Shown: in pieces, positions 1 through 13,484 of the stretch
Numbering within the stretch: position 1 is the stretch's first letter
Layout: each line of letters begins with the position of its first letter
NCBI GenBank assembly: GCA_964016885.1
Contig: OZ024752.1
Coordinates: 31,682,001 to 31,746,000, forward strand
Length of the DNA: 64,000 bases
Direction of reading: 5' to 3'
DNA from: Eledone cirrhosa
Taxonomy: Eukaryota
Notes under the pieces: model-generated
Seen by the model: the letters and a program-made list of their open reading frames with translations, nothing else
What the model was told of the DNA's origin: nothing
The model's database searches: none
Translations under genes and position numbers: made by a program

Positions 1-83
<83 letters not shown>

Positions 84-282
84 ATGCGTGTGTGTATGTG
101 TACACATATGTAATTTTAGCATATTCTACATATATATATACATATAAACACATACATATAAATATATACATATATACGTATGTATATAAATATGTGTGTG
201 TGTATGTGTATATATATATATGTGTGTGTGTGTGTACACACATTACATAAATATACGTGTGCCGATATATATATATATATGC

Positions 283-341
<59 letters not shown>

Positions 342-540
342 CATATATATATGCGTGTGTGTGTATATATATACATATATATATGCGTGTGTGTGTGTAT
401 ATATATACATATATGTGTGTGTATATATATACATATATATGTGTGTGTGTGTGTGTGCGCGTGTGTATGTGTACACATATGTAATTTTAGCATATTCTAC
501 ATATATATATATATATATATATGTAGAATATGCTAAAATT
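1..540. repeat. Compound (TG)n/(TA)n microsatellite with an internal duplication and a short inverted repeat around (TA)n
   Basis: Pure TG run at 1-75. gtgtacacatatgtaattttagcatattctaca occurs at ~98 and ~469. aattttagcatattctaca (483-501) is inverted at 522-540. Confidence 0.95.
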
Positions 541-789
541 GCTGTCAGATTCCCACGGCTACTCAGGTTGAAAATATAACTACATAACATGAACATTTTA
601 GTGTAGCTTCATTATTGAAGGTTTCAAAGGGAGGTTTATGTGTTAATTATTTAAACACATTAAAGAACGCTAGGTAGTCTCTGAAGAATGTTGGAAAATT
701 ATTTGAAATTTTAAAATTAATTATACTCCGTTCACGACCTAAGGGAATGTGTATCAATTTGTTTCAAGATAATGTGTTAATGTGTGTGT

Positions 790-885
790 GTGAGAGAGAG
801 AGGGAGAGAGGGAGAGAGAGACCACGCTCGTGTGTATCTATTTATATATCTATCTACCTATATGCCTCTCTATCTACCTATATAT

Positions 886-961
<76 letters not shown>
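790..961. repeat. (GA)n microsatellite
   Basis: Long pure GA run at 890-961. Confidence 0.95.
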
Positions 962-963
<2 letters not shown>

Positions 964-1384
964 AGCACAAGGACAATTCCCGTCCACCGCCTGTTTTCTG
1001 TGGATTACTGATGTTCGAACGCATTAGAGACAGTACATCTTACAACAGTGCGTTAATAGCTAAAATGTATAAATGTCCGGTAAGAAACACAACGGCCTAT
1101 AACGAAGAGACCGACAAAAAAAAAAAAACAAATACAAAAAAGAAAGAAAGACATACCGATAGAGAAAGGGGAAAAAACGAAGGCAGCCGTACATGAAATT
1201 TTGGTAGTAACCGAAGGAAAGGGAAAGGGAAAGAGTTAATACTAGGACGGAACATAAGTTCTGAAACCGTATTAACAATAAGCGAAAGAGAGAGAAAAAA
1301 AAACGTCTGGTCGTACCGACAACAGGCGTGGAAAGAAAGAGCCGAAGGAAAACGGAAGTGGGTAGGAGTGGAAAAGTAGTAAGA

Positions 1385-1845
1385 CCTAAAGATCCGTTTC
1401 TTCGTTGCTGCAGTGGAGTCTGTGCTGCTGTACGGGTCTGAGACTTGGACACTGACCAAGAAACTCACTCAGATGGTGGGTGGGTGTTACACGAGAATGC
1501 TGAGGATGGCTCTGAACAGTAATCAGTATACACTGAGGATGAAGAACTCAGAGCTGTACGGGAGCCTCTCAAAAGTCAGCTCGAAAGTAGCACAGAGGAG
1601 ACTGAGGTTAGCTGGACATGCTCACCGACATTCAGAGTTGACACTGCACTCAGTGCTCCTGTGGGAGCCCCTGCACGGACACACTAGAAGAGGGAGACCG
1701 AGGTTGATATATGTTCATGCCCTAAGGACATACACCGGTCTCTTGGAGACGCGGGACATGGCAGCGATGATGAGGGACAGAGACCGCTGAAGAGAACTCG
1801 TCCATGGATCTCGGGAATTTTACCCGCCCTAGATAGATAGATAAA
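1385..1845 (+). mobile_element. 5'-truncated RTE-clade LINE, C-terminal region with (TAGA)n tail
   Basis: Translation VESVLLYGSETWTL...CYTRMLRMAL...RRLRLAGHAHRH...LLWEP.HG..RRGRP is typical of RTE-group ORF C-termini. There is a premature stop at 1788-1790 and a tagatagataga tail. Confidence 0.85.
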
Positions 1846-2159
1846 TATATATGGAGAAAAAATTCAAATACCCATAAATTGTGCGTGTGAATGTGTGATT
1901 GTGTGGATTGTTCGCGTACGAGCGTTTGCGTGTATGTCTATTGTTTTATATAATGCAAATAATCTAAAGTTTAGAGATATTTTTCAGTATATTGGAATAT
2001 TCCTCGGGTTTGTAAGACAATGCTGCTGTTTGCTACACAACAAAACATTTGACTAAACACAAAATAAAACCGACTCTCTAATAGTTGACGATTCAATGAC
2101 CCAACACGTTTTAACTCCCTCCTCACATAAATAAATGTTTCGTTACTCTGTTTTCTATC

Positions 2160-2315
2160 GGTGGATTGGCAGTATCGGTAGAAGGTCGGACGCCATGCTT
2201 TGCATCATAGAGTTCAAATCCCACCGATGTTCACGTTACTTTTCATCCTTACGGGGTCGATAAAATAAAGCACCAGTAATGCACTGGGCCTTGTGCCAAG
2301 TGTAGAAACAATTAA
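2160..2315 (+). mobile_element. tRNA-derived SINE family A (Nin/Deu-like middle domain), internally deleted copy
   Basis: Box A-like TGGCAGTATCGG, box B-like GAGTTCAAATCC, and core ttcatccttacggggtcgataaaat shared with over 20 copies in the window. Confidence 0.85.
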
Positions 2316-3347
2316 TATATCATTTTCTCTTTTTTCTGAATTATCTAACTCTATGAATTTAATTTCATATTCATCCCCCCACTCTCTCTCTCTCTCCCAT
2401 ACACCACTTCTCCACACCACAGCCACACATTTTCTCATATTTCTAGCTAAAAAATTCTCCGCGGTTTTTTTATGGCCTGACACCCCCACAGAGGTTGAAA
2501 TCACAGAGATGTCGCCCGTATATATCTCGAACCACATGATGCAATAATAATTTACTTTCACTAAATTGCTATTGCGATCCGTAGCACTCTTCTGAAGTGG
2601 GTCTCTGAGAATTTTGGAGTAAAGTTGATCTCTTCTAGAAGATAAACCGCACCAACTTTTTTCTAAGCCTTACAATGTCTCGGATAATGCCATTTCCCCT
2701 CTGACTACATTTAGAAGCGTTTAACAATACGAAAGCGTTTCAGTCAATAATGAAATAGTTTTACTTTCCAGCACAATTCCGCAACATATATAAATGAATA
2801 GTATCTAGATATTTTTGATAAAAGTTTCAGTACTTAAAGTCACATTACTTATGTACTTGTATGTAAACAAAATTAGGTGGTTCCTATTTTTAAGTTGCAT
2901 TTTTTTTTTTTTTAAGATTAATGTATCATTATTAATTTTGTACGTTTATATATATATGCCATCACATGTTATGATATATCATCTTTATATTTCAATTTCA
3001 TGTAATATTTTATATTTCAGAAAACATTTGGTGAAGACCAACTCAGCAAAGGATGTCTGTATTTTCCGAATATTTGCTATCTACAAAGAAATATATAAAA
3101 TATATATATATTGATCACAAAATTAATAAATGGTCTATTAAATATTCTCTGCTATATATAATTATAAGAAGAGTTTTATAGATTTACTATATGAGTTTTA
3201 GGATGTGACATATCCAATGAAAAGTAAACATTTGGAAGGCATCATTAGAGTACATTCATCAGTATATAAAGGAGCCATTTTGAAAAGGGATAGGTCACGA
3301 TATTTCTGTTACACAGCTTATGTATGTGTGTGTCTATATATCTATCT

Positions 3348-3392
<45 letters not shown>

Positions 3393-3696
3393 GATAATAA
3401 AATATCGTTATAGGTAATCCAGTTTGACGTTGTGAATACATCTTATTGTGGGCTAACATCGTATTTAAAATTGTGTGGCACTGCTTCTAGTGTTCAGCAA
3501 TTTTTAGACATCTTTGTCAGTGAAACAATTGTAAATAAATCCCTTTTTGTACTGTTGACCATGTTATTCTCCACTTATAAAGATAATATACCTTAACAGT
3601 TCAAGTTATCCCTGGAAAGTTATTGCTTTCCAGGGATAACTTGAACCGTTAAGGTAATTTATCCTTGGTCATGTCAAATATTTATAAAACATTTTG

Positions 3697-3757
3697 TATT
3701 TTATCTGATGATAGCGTACCAAAATTTTGGTACCCTTGAAATATATATAATTGAATA
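3697..3757 (+). ncRNA. Type I hammerhead ribozyme motif (PLE pLTR-like)
   Basis: tattttat-CTGATGA-tagcgtaccaaaattttggtaccctt-GAAA-tatata-TA-attgaata. Stem I pairs 7 of 8, stem II is the gtacc/ggtac hairpin, and stem III is palindromic. Confidence 0.75.
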
Positions 3758-3883
3758 AATATGGTTTTAATAAATATAGTTTCCATTTATTTAATATCAT
3801 TGAATATATATATATAAATATATATATATATCGTTTCTGAATTTGTTTAGCAAGATTCTTTATCTGAAATCGTGTGTTGAAAC

Positions 3884-4263
3884 CGATATTGTTATACTTT
3901 GGGAGGGTCATGTTGCCAATAAGAAACACACGCACCAGTTGCTTTCACCCGGATGTGGCGCATGCGCAAACTGAGCACACAACACACACACAGAAACAAA
4001 ATGGCGTAGGATAGAAGAAAGGAAAGGCACAGAAACAAAGAAAGGAATCCCCAGTCACTGAAGAGGTCACAGAGTGTGTGACGAAAGGACTATGACTATA
4101 TATAAACAACTATCTGGTTGTGGAACCAACCAACCAACCAGAAATTTATAAGTTTGTAAATTTGTAAATTTATAAATTTATAAATATATAATAAATTGAA
4201 GTGAAAGCAACTGGTGCGTGTGTTTCTTATTGGCAACATGACCCTCCCAAAGTATAACAATAT
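3884..4263. mobile_element. PLE-like fold-back insertion with ~63-bp inverted ends
   Basis: atattgttatactttgggagggtcatg...gctttcac (3886-3948) is the reverse complement of 4201-4263. It contains an HHR and ends in (TA)n. Confidence 0.75.
4053..4097 (+). ncRNA. Minimal type I hammerhead ribozyme motif
   Basis: agtca-CTGAAGA-ggtcacagagtgtgtgac-GAAA-ggac-TA-tgact. Stem I is 5 bp and stem II is gtcac/gtgac. Confidence 0.8.
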
Positions 4264-4517
4264 ATATATATAAATATATATATACATCTATACATATATA
4301 TATACACATATATATATATATAAATATATATATACATATATACATATACACACATATATATATACATATATATATATAAATATATATATTTGTATGTATA
4401 CATGTAAGTATGTATCACGTGCGAAGCTTGATCTTTCGAACAAGAGAAACGTTGAGAGTAAACTTCTTTAGAAAATGTAGTTTCTTTTTCCGTCTCTCCG
4501 CATCTTTACTCTATTAT

Positions 4518-4633
<116 letters not shown>

Positions 4634-5046
4634 TGCGCGCGCGTGTGTGCGTGCTTGTATGTGTGTGTGTGAGCGAGCGCGCATGTGTATGTAAATATAC
4701 AGGCGTGTGGTAACTTGCCAGAAAAAAAATATGTGTACAAAGATTATAGATATGCAATAAATCATAATATTTCTGGTGAAAATACAATTTTTCAGAGATT
4801 GACAAGAAGAAGAGAACATATGTAAGTTTTTTTTTCTTATGCAGTTATAAATCTGCACGGGAATGTCATCTATGCGTCATTGTCTATATTGTGCTGCATA
4901 CGGCATGTGTCAAAGTTTTTAAATAATTTATCATGTTTCTCTTGTCATTAGATAAGTCTAAAACCTCCCATACAGAGGTAACTGTTCCATTGCAACTAGA
5001 TTATTCATTCGAAAAAATTGAATTCAGCACGGCTAGCCAACATAGT

Positions 5047-5445
5047 GGAGGTGTGTGGCCTAGTGGTAAAGGTGTTGATCATAACATCATGGATTCGATT
5101 CCTGAACTGGTTTGTGACTTGTGTTCTTGAGCAAAACACTTGATTTCACGTTGCTACAACATATTCTGCTGACAATGAGTACCAGCGGCAATAGCTTGGG
5201 GTTTAACATTGCGATGGACTGGCGTCCTATCCTGGGGAAAGTTTTGTACTCTTAGTCGCTTAACGCTACGGAAATAGGGATAAACACCAGCCAGGTGAAT
5301 CTCTGCGCTCGAGACAGAGTTTAACTCTGCAATGGACTGGCGTCATATCCAGGAGGGAGTCTTGAACTCTGAGGTGCTTAATGCCACGGAAAACCGAGAT
5401 AAGCACCAACCTCATGAGCCTCCGGGCTCGTTACAGACTTTAGAC
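5047..5445 (+). mobile_element. tRNA-derived SINE family C (CORE/Meta-like body, duplicated gatggactggcgtc tail)
   Basis: tggcctagtggt box A, ttcgattcc box B, gtgttcttgagcaaaacactt body. The tail module occurs twice (5211, 5332). Homologous to 21390-21900, 46033-46530 and 49240-49520. Confidence 0.75.
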
Positions 5446-5549
5446 ATTTTTAGACTGCTGGCCAACGAAACAGTTACCAATTCAACAATTTTCTCCTTAC
5501 TGCTTACAATACCAAGTCAACATTATCGGTTTATCTAAAAATATAATGT

Positions 5550-5665
5550 AATATAATATGATATATTGTATTATATTATATTATATTATATTATATTATA
5601 TTATATTATATTATATTATATTATATTATATTATATCATATTATATTATATTATATCATATTATA
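5550..5665. repeat. (TATTA)n pentanucleotide microsatellite
   Basis: Tandem tatta units. Confidence 0.95.
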
Positions 5666-6394
5666 TTCCATTTGGTAATAGGGATTTTTACAATAAACTG
5701 ATAGCATCAATGAGAAAGACCAAAATAGAAATTCCAATAGACTTAATGCGTGTATAAGACTGACATAAAGATTTTCTGCAGTTTGACTAAGAAATAGTGA
5801 TTATTCAATAGAAATACATAACCAGACGACAGTCAAAATAAATAAATTTATTCCTCTCGTAATACGTCTAAATATCTATTCTCGGTGCATAATTACCATT
5901 TGTCGCTCACTCACAAATAATATGAAGTCTGTTTTGAATGTTAAAGATTCCCATTAAACGAACATCCTTTGCTATCTGTTGTTATGCAGCTTAAAGTGTC
6001 AGAGAATTCTACTCGAAAATTAGCATTTCATTGGTTTATATGAATGAACCAATCAGATGCTAATGTGCAATGAATGTATCAATTTCTTTCAAGAATAAAC
6101 AGTACTGATATACAATTCCAATAAACTGAACATGTCATTCGTTAATAGCAAATATCACAGACCTCTTCTGAAGACCAACTTTATGATTGATTTAAATGTC
6201 ACGACTGAATAACGACTAATTCATAGGAACAAGTAAAAGTGGAAACATCTAAGCTAATCCTTATGATACATTCTCAGTCATTGTTATAAATACACATGAA
6301 TTAAACTGAAATTGCAAAGATCATACTTATAGAAAATGTAATAAAAATTATTTGTTTTGCAAGGTTTTTTTATATGAAATCATGTGTTGAAACA

Positions 6395-6568
6395 AATATT
6401 GTTATATTTGGGGAGGGTCATATTGTTATAATATTGCCAAAAATAATAATAGAACACACTCACTGTTTGGTTTGGGTTGGTTTCCGCTTCTGTATCTTTT
6501 ATATCTCCATAGTTAATTTATATGGCAATCAATGTTTATCATTGACAGACCAACAGTTAGAAATACAG

Positions 6569-6613
<45 letters not shown>

Positions 6614-6958
6614 ATAAAATTTCTTTCGTCACACGTCTATGACATCAGTGGTACTATTATGTTTCCTCCCGTTGTATTGTAATTGCATTTTTATTTAATT
6701 GGCGGGAGCCAACATTATAGTACCACTGATGATGTCACAAATGTGTGACGAAAGAACTTTGATAGACTATATATATACATTTATATCTGTATTTTTAACC
6801 GTTGGTCAATCAATGATAAACATTGATTGCCAGATAAATTAACTGTGGAGATATAAAAGATACAGAAAAGAAAACCAACCCCAACCAATCAGTGAGTGCG
6901 TTCTATTATTATTTTTTGCAATATTATAACAATATAACCCTCTTCAAATATAACAATA
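6395..6958. mobile_element. PLE-like fold-back palindrome (diverged arms of ~270 bp), related to 3884-4263
   Basis: Arms are reverse-complementary about ~6690. The terminus attgttatatttggggagggtcat resembles 3888 and 31927. HHR in the right arm, with a degenerate copy in the left arm. Confidence 0.75.
6721..6764 (+). ncRNA. Minimal hammerhead ribozyme motif
   Basis: tacca-CTGATGA-tgtcacaaatgtgtgac-GAAA-gaac-TT-tgata. Same stem II as 4053, with one mismatch in stem I. Confidence 0.65.
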
Positions 6959-7444
6959 ATAAAAATTATATTTCTCTCAAATAATACTGGTGTGTATAAT
7001 GAAAGTAAGGGAGTAACATTCCAGAAATTCCAAAAGACTGTTGGAAATATGCAAAATTTCAAAATATATGAAACAAGGGAGACAGCAGGGGCCAGTTTGA
7101 TGATTTATACTCTCTTTCTCTCTAAATCACAACTTCACTCCTATGTACCACTGAAATTCAAATAATTCGCATGTACCTCTTTTTCCTGCATTCAGTTCAG
7201 TGAAGGCGCGTGGCATTGTTTCCTCGTTTCGATTTGACGAAAATCAGTTCAGTGTACATTGAAAATACATTTTCTCTGTTAAGATACAAACACAAAGAAG
7301 GCCCAAAAAGTAAGTTGCTCAAAATGTTGAGCGTTTTACATCCTTAATATTTCTGTGTTAGGAATATTTCACCCATCAGGAGTCTATAAAATAAAATATC
7401 ATTAATATATTGGAGTAAATCGGCCATGTATAGCCTTGTAAATA

Positions 7445-7640
7445 TGCATAGCTTAGTGGTTAGAGAACTTGATTCGCAACTGTGAGGTTGCTAGTTCGAT
7501 TCCCAGACCGAGCGTTGCGTTATGTTTTAAAGCAAGACTTTTTACCGTTCCTCTTTCTGCCAGAAATTAAAGTCGGTAGATTGTATCAACAATTGTAAAC
7601 ACCAATGGAAACATTGTTTCCTTGGTCCGATTTGATAAGT
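7445..7640 (+). mobile_element. tRNA-derived SINE family D (CORE-like body), diverged
   Basis: gcttagtggttagag...gttcgattccc head and ggaaacattgtttccttggtccgatttga tail shared with 37855, 39330, 42586 and 55030. Confidence 0.75.
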
Positions 7641-7669
7641 TCCACCCAACTCGGTAAGTGAGGAGATAT

Positions 7670-7704
<35 letters not shown>

Positions 7705-7706
<2 letters not shown>

Positions 7707-7846
7707 AGAGTCGGGAACTAGCTGTGGAAACGGCAGGAGCTCAGTCATCGGGGTCCCGACTCTTTCATATAACCTTACTCTACTACCCCAAGTATCGAGT
7801 ACTCTAGGAGTAATGGGCTAACCAGTTTCTTACTGTATCCATCTTG

Positions 7847-7850
<4 letters not shown>
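7705..7850 (+). mobile_element. Diverged copy of (TA)n-inserted family X
   Basis: ggaaacggcaggagctcagtcatcggggtcc...actctactaccccaagtatcgagtact aligns with 37720-37853. Flanked by TA repeats. Confidence 0.65.
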
Positions 7851-7883
<33 letters not shown>

Positions 7884-8047
7884 AACACACACACACACAC
7901 ATCCGCGCTCTATCATCCACTTTTCTAAAAAAAATAAATCATACTCAAAACAGTTTCGCAAGAAATGTCAACATGAATGGACCTATTATTTTTATCTAAA
8001 AACTTTTTTTCCAATTCCAACCCGCCCGTCCCTTCAATCTATCTTAT

Positions 8048-8175
8048 TTCTCATGATGAAGCACTACCGTCCGAAACGTCAAGACCCACTTCCTGCTATA
8101 TCAAGCGTTAACCTAATATATTCCTTCCATTTACTGTACCGATTGTGTTGTTATTTCTGTTTACCTTTTACACAT
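8048..8175 (+). mobile_element. PLE pLTR-like fragment with degenerate hammerhead
   Basis: ATGATGA-agcactaccgtcc-GAAA-cg-TC-aaga (first core C mutated). Downstream sequence matches 32335-32428 (minus) and 16775-16841 (minus). Confidence 0.6.
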
Positions 8176-8176
8176 A

Positions 8177-8218
<42 letters not shown>

Positions 8219-8517
8219 TAATAATTAAAATAACAGATTAAAGTTTAAGCAAAGAATCGCTGCTTTCACCCTTAACAGGATCTTCTGAAACTTACAAAGT
8301 CAATCTGTGAACGCAGACGTGAATATTTCAAAAAACGTTGCAACCGGAGGAAGACAGGAAGATTCTTATATATTTGATATTTATTTATCCTTATCGAGCC
8401 CTCTTTGGATTTTAGTCTTCAAATTTATTATTATTACTATATATATAATATATATATATATATATACACATACACGTGTATCTGTGTGTGTGTATATATA
8501 TATATATATATACATAC

Positions 8518-8576
<59 letters not shown>

Positions 8577-9000
8577 CTTTTATTGAAATATGTTGTGATT
8601 AGGAAAACTGAGTATTTCCAATATCGCCATCTTTGTTTTACATCTCCATATGCTGTATCGAAGCTAGTTTCTGCTGCTATATATTTTTAAACCGCTGAAT
8701 TTAATCTCTTTGAGGTATGCTCTTAAATCCAAATTGATCACAGCAATCAATAAAAGTAGATAATGGAAATATTGAATATTACCAAATATTCCTACATTCA
8801 CACCCAACTGAAATACAACTAACTAGGCTACAAAGCGCACAAATCGTGAACTGCATACTTATTATCGATACTGAATATGAAACGAAAACAGAACCATGAT
8901 TCGTAGATCAAAGAAAATCTATCTTCTTTTTTCTTTATTATTATTTTTATTATTATTTTTATTATTATTATCATTTTGTGAGTGTGTGCGTGTGTGTTTA

Positions 9001-9052
<52 letters not shown>

Positions 9053-9062
9053 GCATACAGAC

Positions 9063-9108
<46 letters not shown>

Positions 9109-9168
9109 GTATATATACACACACACACATATATATGTATATGTATATATACACACACATATATATAT

Positions 9169-9540
9169 GTCACTGAAGGACAAACATTTACATTCAAAGA
9201 TGGCCAAACATTTACAGTAAAAAACAATTTCACCTGCAACTCGGAGAACTTGATTTACGCAATAACTTGCGGTGGGTGCAAACACAACTACATAGGACAG
9301 ACGGGCACCTCATTACGCAAAAGAATGACCATCCACCGCCAACAAATCCGGGACGCTAACACAAGAAAAATCCCCTTGAGCAGCCATATTGCGAACTGCG
9401 CAGGAATGACACTACCCAACTTTAAAATCTTCCCCTTCTACAAGTGCTCAGATTCGTTCACACAGCAACAAAGAATAAACAAAGAAAATCTATTCCTTAA
9501 CAAATTTAAACCAAAACTAAACGGGTTATCACCCCAATAG
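9169..9540 (+). pseudogene. 5'-truncated Penelope-like element ORF: C-terminal GIY-YIG endonuclease (Neptune-like)
   Basis: Open frame ...FTCNSENLIYAITCGGCKHNYIGQTGTSLRKRMTIHRQQI...LSSHIANC...KENLFLNKFKPKLN*. It has IY..YIG motifs, catalytic R, E and N, and a CxxC between the GIY and YIG motifs. It begins directly after a TA/CA microsatellite. Confidence 0.88.
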
Positions 9541-9835
9541 AATTGTCATAAAATATAAACACACATACGCACGGAATCACTACTATTAAAGACCAGAGAC
9601 CAATTCTGTAGAATCAGGTTTATTCATTGACAGACCATGCCTTTGTGTGACCAACACATCCATGTTAAACCCTGCACGTGCACACACATATATCTATATA
9701 TATATGCGCACACAGAATTCACCACTGTCGGTTGCGGGGCCCAATCTACATGAAGAACTCAATGTGATCAGAATGACTTGTATTTTAATTTCACTGTCCC
9801 AACTTCTTATATTATGGAAAAAATATGTGTCTGTA

Positions 9836-10126
9836 TGTATATATATATATATATTTGGAGGCCATTTCTGTGTGTGGGTGTATGTATGTGTATATGTGTG
9901 TGTGTGTATGTGTGTGCATGTGGATGTATGTATTGTGTGTGCGCGTGTGTGTGTGTGTATGTATGTGTGTATCTGGATGTATGCGTATGTGTATATATAT
10001 ATATATATGCGTGTGTGTGTGTGTGTGTGTATATATATGTGTGTGTATGTGTGTATATATATGTGTGTGTGTGTGTATGTTTGTATGTGTGTATGTATAT
10101 ATATATGTGTGTATGTATGTGTGGGG

Positions 10127-10178
<52 letters not shown>

Positions 10179-10184
10179 ATACAA

Positions 10185-10228
<44 letters not shown>

Positions 10229-10251
10229 GTGTATCTGGATGTATGTGTATG

Positions 10252-10324
<73 letters not shown>

Positions 10325-10465
10325 ATGTGTATATATGTGTGTGTGTGTATGTGTGTATGTATATGTATGTGTGTGTGTGTGTACGTGTGTATATGTATAT
10401 ATATATATATATATGTATATGTATATGTATGTATGTGTGGATGAAGGTATGTGTGTGTATATATA
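9836..10465. repeat. Compound TG/TA microsatellite
   Basis: Low-complexity sequence with repeated gtatctggatgtatg. Confidence 0.9.
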
Positions 10466-10782
10466 GGCGTAAGTGCACTAAATCCCTTTCTATCACGCTC
10501 CACTCTCCTACCCACCACAGGAAGATATGTGTATGTATATTGCTTCCACCCCCTCACTGACCAGCAGCTGGCCAGTTGGTGATTGCTAAATCTGACCTTT
10601 ATAAAATAACCCACACCCCAAATAACTTCTCATTCACTACCAGAAAGGGACACAGCAGTCAACCTGTTGTTGCTACCTAGATGAAAACTGCTATGAAATC
10701 CCACAATGAATTTTATACTTGAATTTTCAAATCTCAAATTTTAACTCTTCGTATTATTAATTTTTCTTAATATTAATCAACA

Positions 10783-10967
10783 TTTGAAAAGATGGCTTTT
10801 GCAGACCCATCGAAACCGGTCATTTTTTATACCCTTTATTATTTCCTTACCTTATAAAATTATGTTTTTTCACAAAAAAGTATTCTGTCTCTTATATATT
10901 CCATGTGCCATTACCAACCTCAATTTTCTCTATAACCTTCGTTTTGTGTAGAAAATTACACTTTTCA
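10783..10967 (+). mobile_element. PLE pLTR-like fragment with decayed hammerhead; same family as 40947-41178
   Basis: tgaaaaga-tgg...ccatc-GAAA-ccgg-TC followed by ~140 bp matching both arms of the 40947-41178 palindrome. Ends in (TA)n. Confidence 0.6.
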
Positions 10968-11368
10968 TATATATATATATATATATAATATATATATATA
11001 TAATATATATACATAGACATATATATATATACACACATATACATATATGTATATATATATATATATATATAATATATATATATATAATATATATACATAC
11101 AGACATATATATATATACACACATATACATATATGTATATGTATATATATAATATATATATATATAATATATATACATACAGACATATATATATATACAC
11201 ACATATACATATATGTATATGTATATATATAATATATATATATATAATATATATACATACAGACATATATATATATACACACACATACATATATGTATAT
11301 GTATATATATAATATATATATATATAATATATATACATACAGACATATATATATATACACACACATAC

Positions 11369-11400
<32 letters not shown>

Positions 11401-11431
11401 AATATATATATATATAATATATATACATACA

Positions 11432-11481
<50 letters not shown>

Positions 11482-11500
11482 ATATGTATACATACAGACA

Positions 11501-11544
<44 letters not shown>

Positions 11545-11618
11545 ATATGTATACATACAGACATATATATATATACACACACATACATACATATATGTAT
11601 ATGTATATATATATATAT

Positions 11619-11690
<72 letters not shown>
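10968..11690. repeat. TA-rich microsatellite organised in ~80-bp higher-order units
   Basis: agacatatat recurs at 11101, 11181, 11261 and 11341. Confidence 0.9.
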
Positions 11691-11693
<3 letters not shown>

Positions 11694-11819
11694 AACTGTA
11701 TTAATAAACCAAATGGCGTACAACTGTATTTTGTTGACTAAAGATACCTCATTAAAACTTATCATTAGATCAGATAACTTAGCACTAAAAATAGAGTTCT
11801 GGCTTCAGCCACACAATAT

Positions 11820-12080
11820 GTCACATTATCCAAGCTGTGTATATCAACTAGACATGTCTAAGTCTACTTGTCGACATGTCACATTATCCAAGCTGTGTAT
11901 ATCAACTAGACATCTCTAAGTCTACATGTCGACATGTCACATTATCCAAGCTGTGTATATCAACTAGACATCTCTAAGTCTACATGTCGACATGTCACAT
12001 TATCCAAGCTGTGTATATCAACTAGACATGTCTAAGTCAACATGTCACATTATCCAAGCAGTGTATATCAACTAGACATA
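11820..12080. repeat. 58-bp minisatellite (~4.5 copies)
   Basis: gtcacattatccaagc starts at 11820, 11878, 11936, 11994 and 12044. Confidence 0.92.
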
Positions 12081-12193
12081 TCTATCTTTAAACCATTGTA
12101 CTATTAGTCAAATTATCAATGGTATGTATGTAGCTAGATTGATAGGCTAGTCTTCAGCCTCTCCACTTTTCACAATATCCAACAATGTGTATC

Positions 12194-13333
12194 AACTAGT
12201 CATCTGTAACTGTAAGCTGTGATAGTGTTAGTCAAAGAACTAGTCATCTGTAACTGTAAGCTGTGATAGTGTTAGTCAAAGAACTAGTCATCTGTAACTG
12301 TAAGCTGTGATAGTGTTAGTCAAAGAACTAGTCATCTGTAACTGTAAGCTGTGATAGTGTTAGTCAAAGAACTAGTCATCTGTAACTGTAAGCTGTGATA
12401 GTGTTAGTCAAAGAACTAGTCATCTGTAACTGTAAGCTGTGATAGTGTTAGTCAAAGAACTAGTCATCTGTAACTGTAAGCTGTGATAGTGTTAGTCAAA
12501 GAACTAGTCATCTGTAACTGTAAGCTGTGATAGTGTTAGTCAAAGAACTAGTCATCTGTAACTGTAAGCTGTGATAGTGTTAGTCAAAGAACTAGTCATT
12601 TGTAACAGTAAGTTGTGATAGTGTTATTCAAAGAACTAGTCATCTGTAACAGTAAGTTGTGATAGTGTTAGTCAAAGAACTAGTCATCTGTAACTGTAAG
12701 CTGTGATAGTGTTAGTCAAAGAACTAGTCATCTGTAACTGTAAGCTGTGATAGTGTTAGTCAAAGAACTAGTCATCTGTAACTGTAAGCTGTGATAGTGT
12801 TAGTCAAAGAACTAGTCATCTGTAACTGTAAGCTGTGATAGTGTTAGTCAAAGAACTAGTCATCTGTAACTGTAAGCTGTGATAGTGTTAGTCAAAGAAC
12901 TAGTCATCTGTAACTGTAAGCTGTGATAGTGTTAGTCAAAGAACTAGTCATCTGTAACTGTAAGCTGTGATAGTGTTAGTCAAAGAACTAGTCATCTGTA
13001 ACTGTAAGCTGTGATAGTGTTAGTCAAAGAACTAGTCATCTGTAACTGTAAGCTGTGATAGTGTTAGTCAAAGAACTAGTCATCTGTAACTGTAAGCTGT
13101 GATAGTGTTAGTCAAAGAACTAGTCATCTGTAACTGTAAGCTGTGATAGTGTTAGTCAAAGAACTAGTCATCTGTAACTGTAAGCTGTGATAGTGTTAGT
13201 CAAAGAACTAGTCATCTGTAACTGTAAGCTGTGATAGTGTTAGTCAAAGAACTAGTCATCTGTAACTGTAAGCTGTGATAGTGTTAGTCAAAGAACTAGT
13301 CATCTGTAACTGTAAGCTGTGATAGTGTTAGTC
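12194..13333. repeat. 44-bp minisatellite (~26 near-identical copies)
   Basis: Unit aactagtcatctgtaactgtaagctgtgatagtgttagtcaaag. Two adjacent variant units lie at ~12590-12677. Confidence 0.97.
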
Positions 13334-13484
13334 GCATGATCAACGGTGCCTATACTACAATAACAGTTGCTATATATATTGTCAACATATTTAATTCATT
13401 CACTAATATAAGAATATGGATTAGGAAAGATACATTAGTGTAAGGCGCAGAAAATGTATTATTAGCTTTCTTTTTATTTTGTAT

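Noticed and set aside
6168-6205. Further CTGANGA hits (6168, 36640-36670 minus, 60864, 8255-8295 minus)
   Set aside because: Core or stem I is too degraded to support a call, though some may be decayed hammerheads.
9749-9780. ATGAAG as a SECIS core downstream of the PLE ORF
   Set aside because: No SECIS helix or apical AA spacing and no in-frame TGA. The segment is better explained as a minus-strand element end.
12194-13333. CRISPR-like regular repeat
   Set aside because: Units are contiguous with no unique spacers, there are no cas genes, and the context is eukaryotic.
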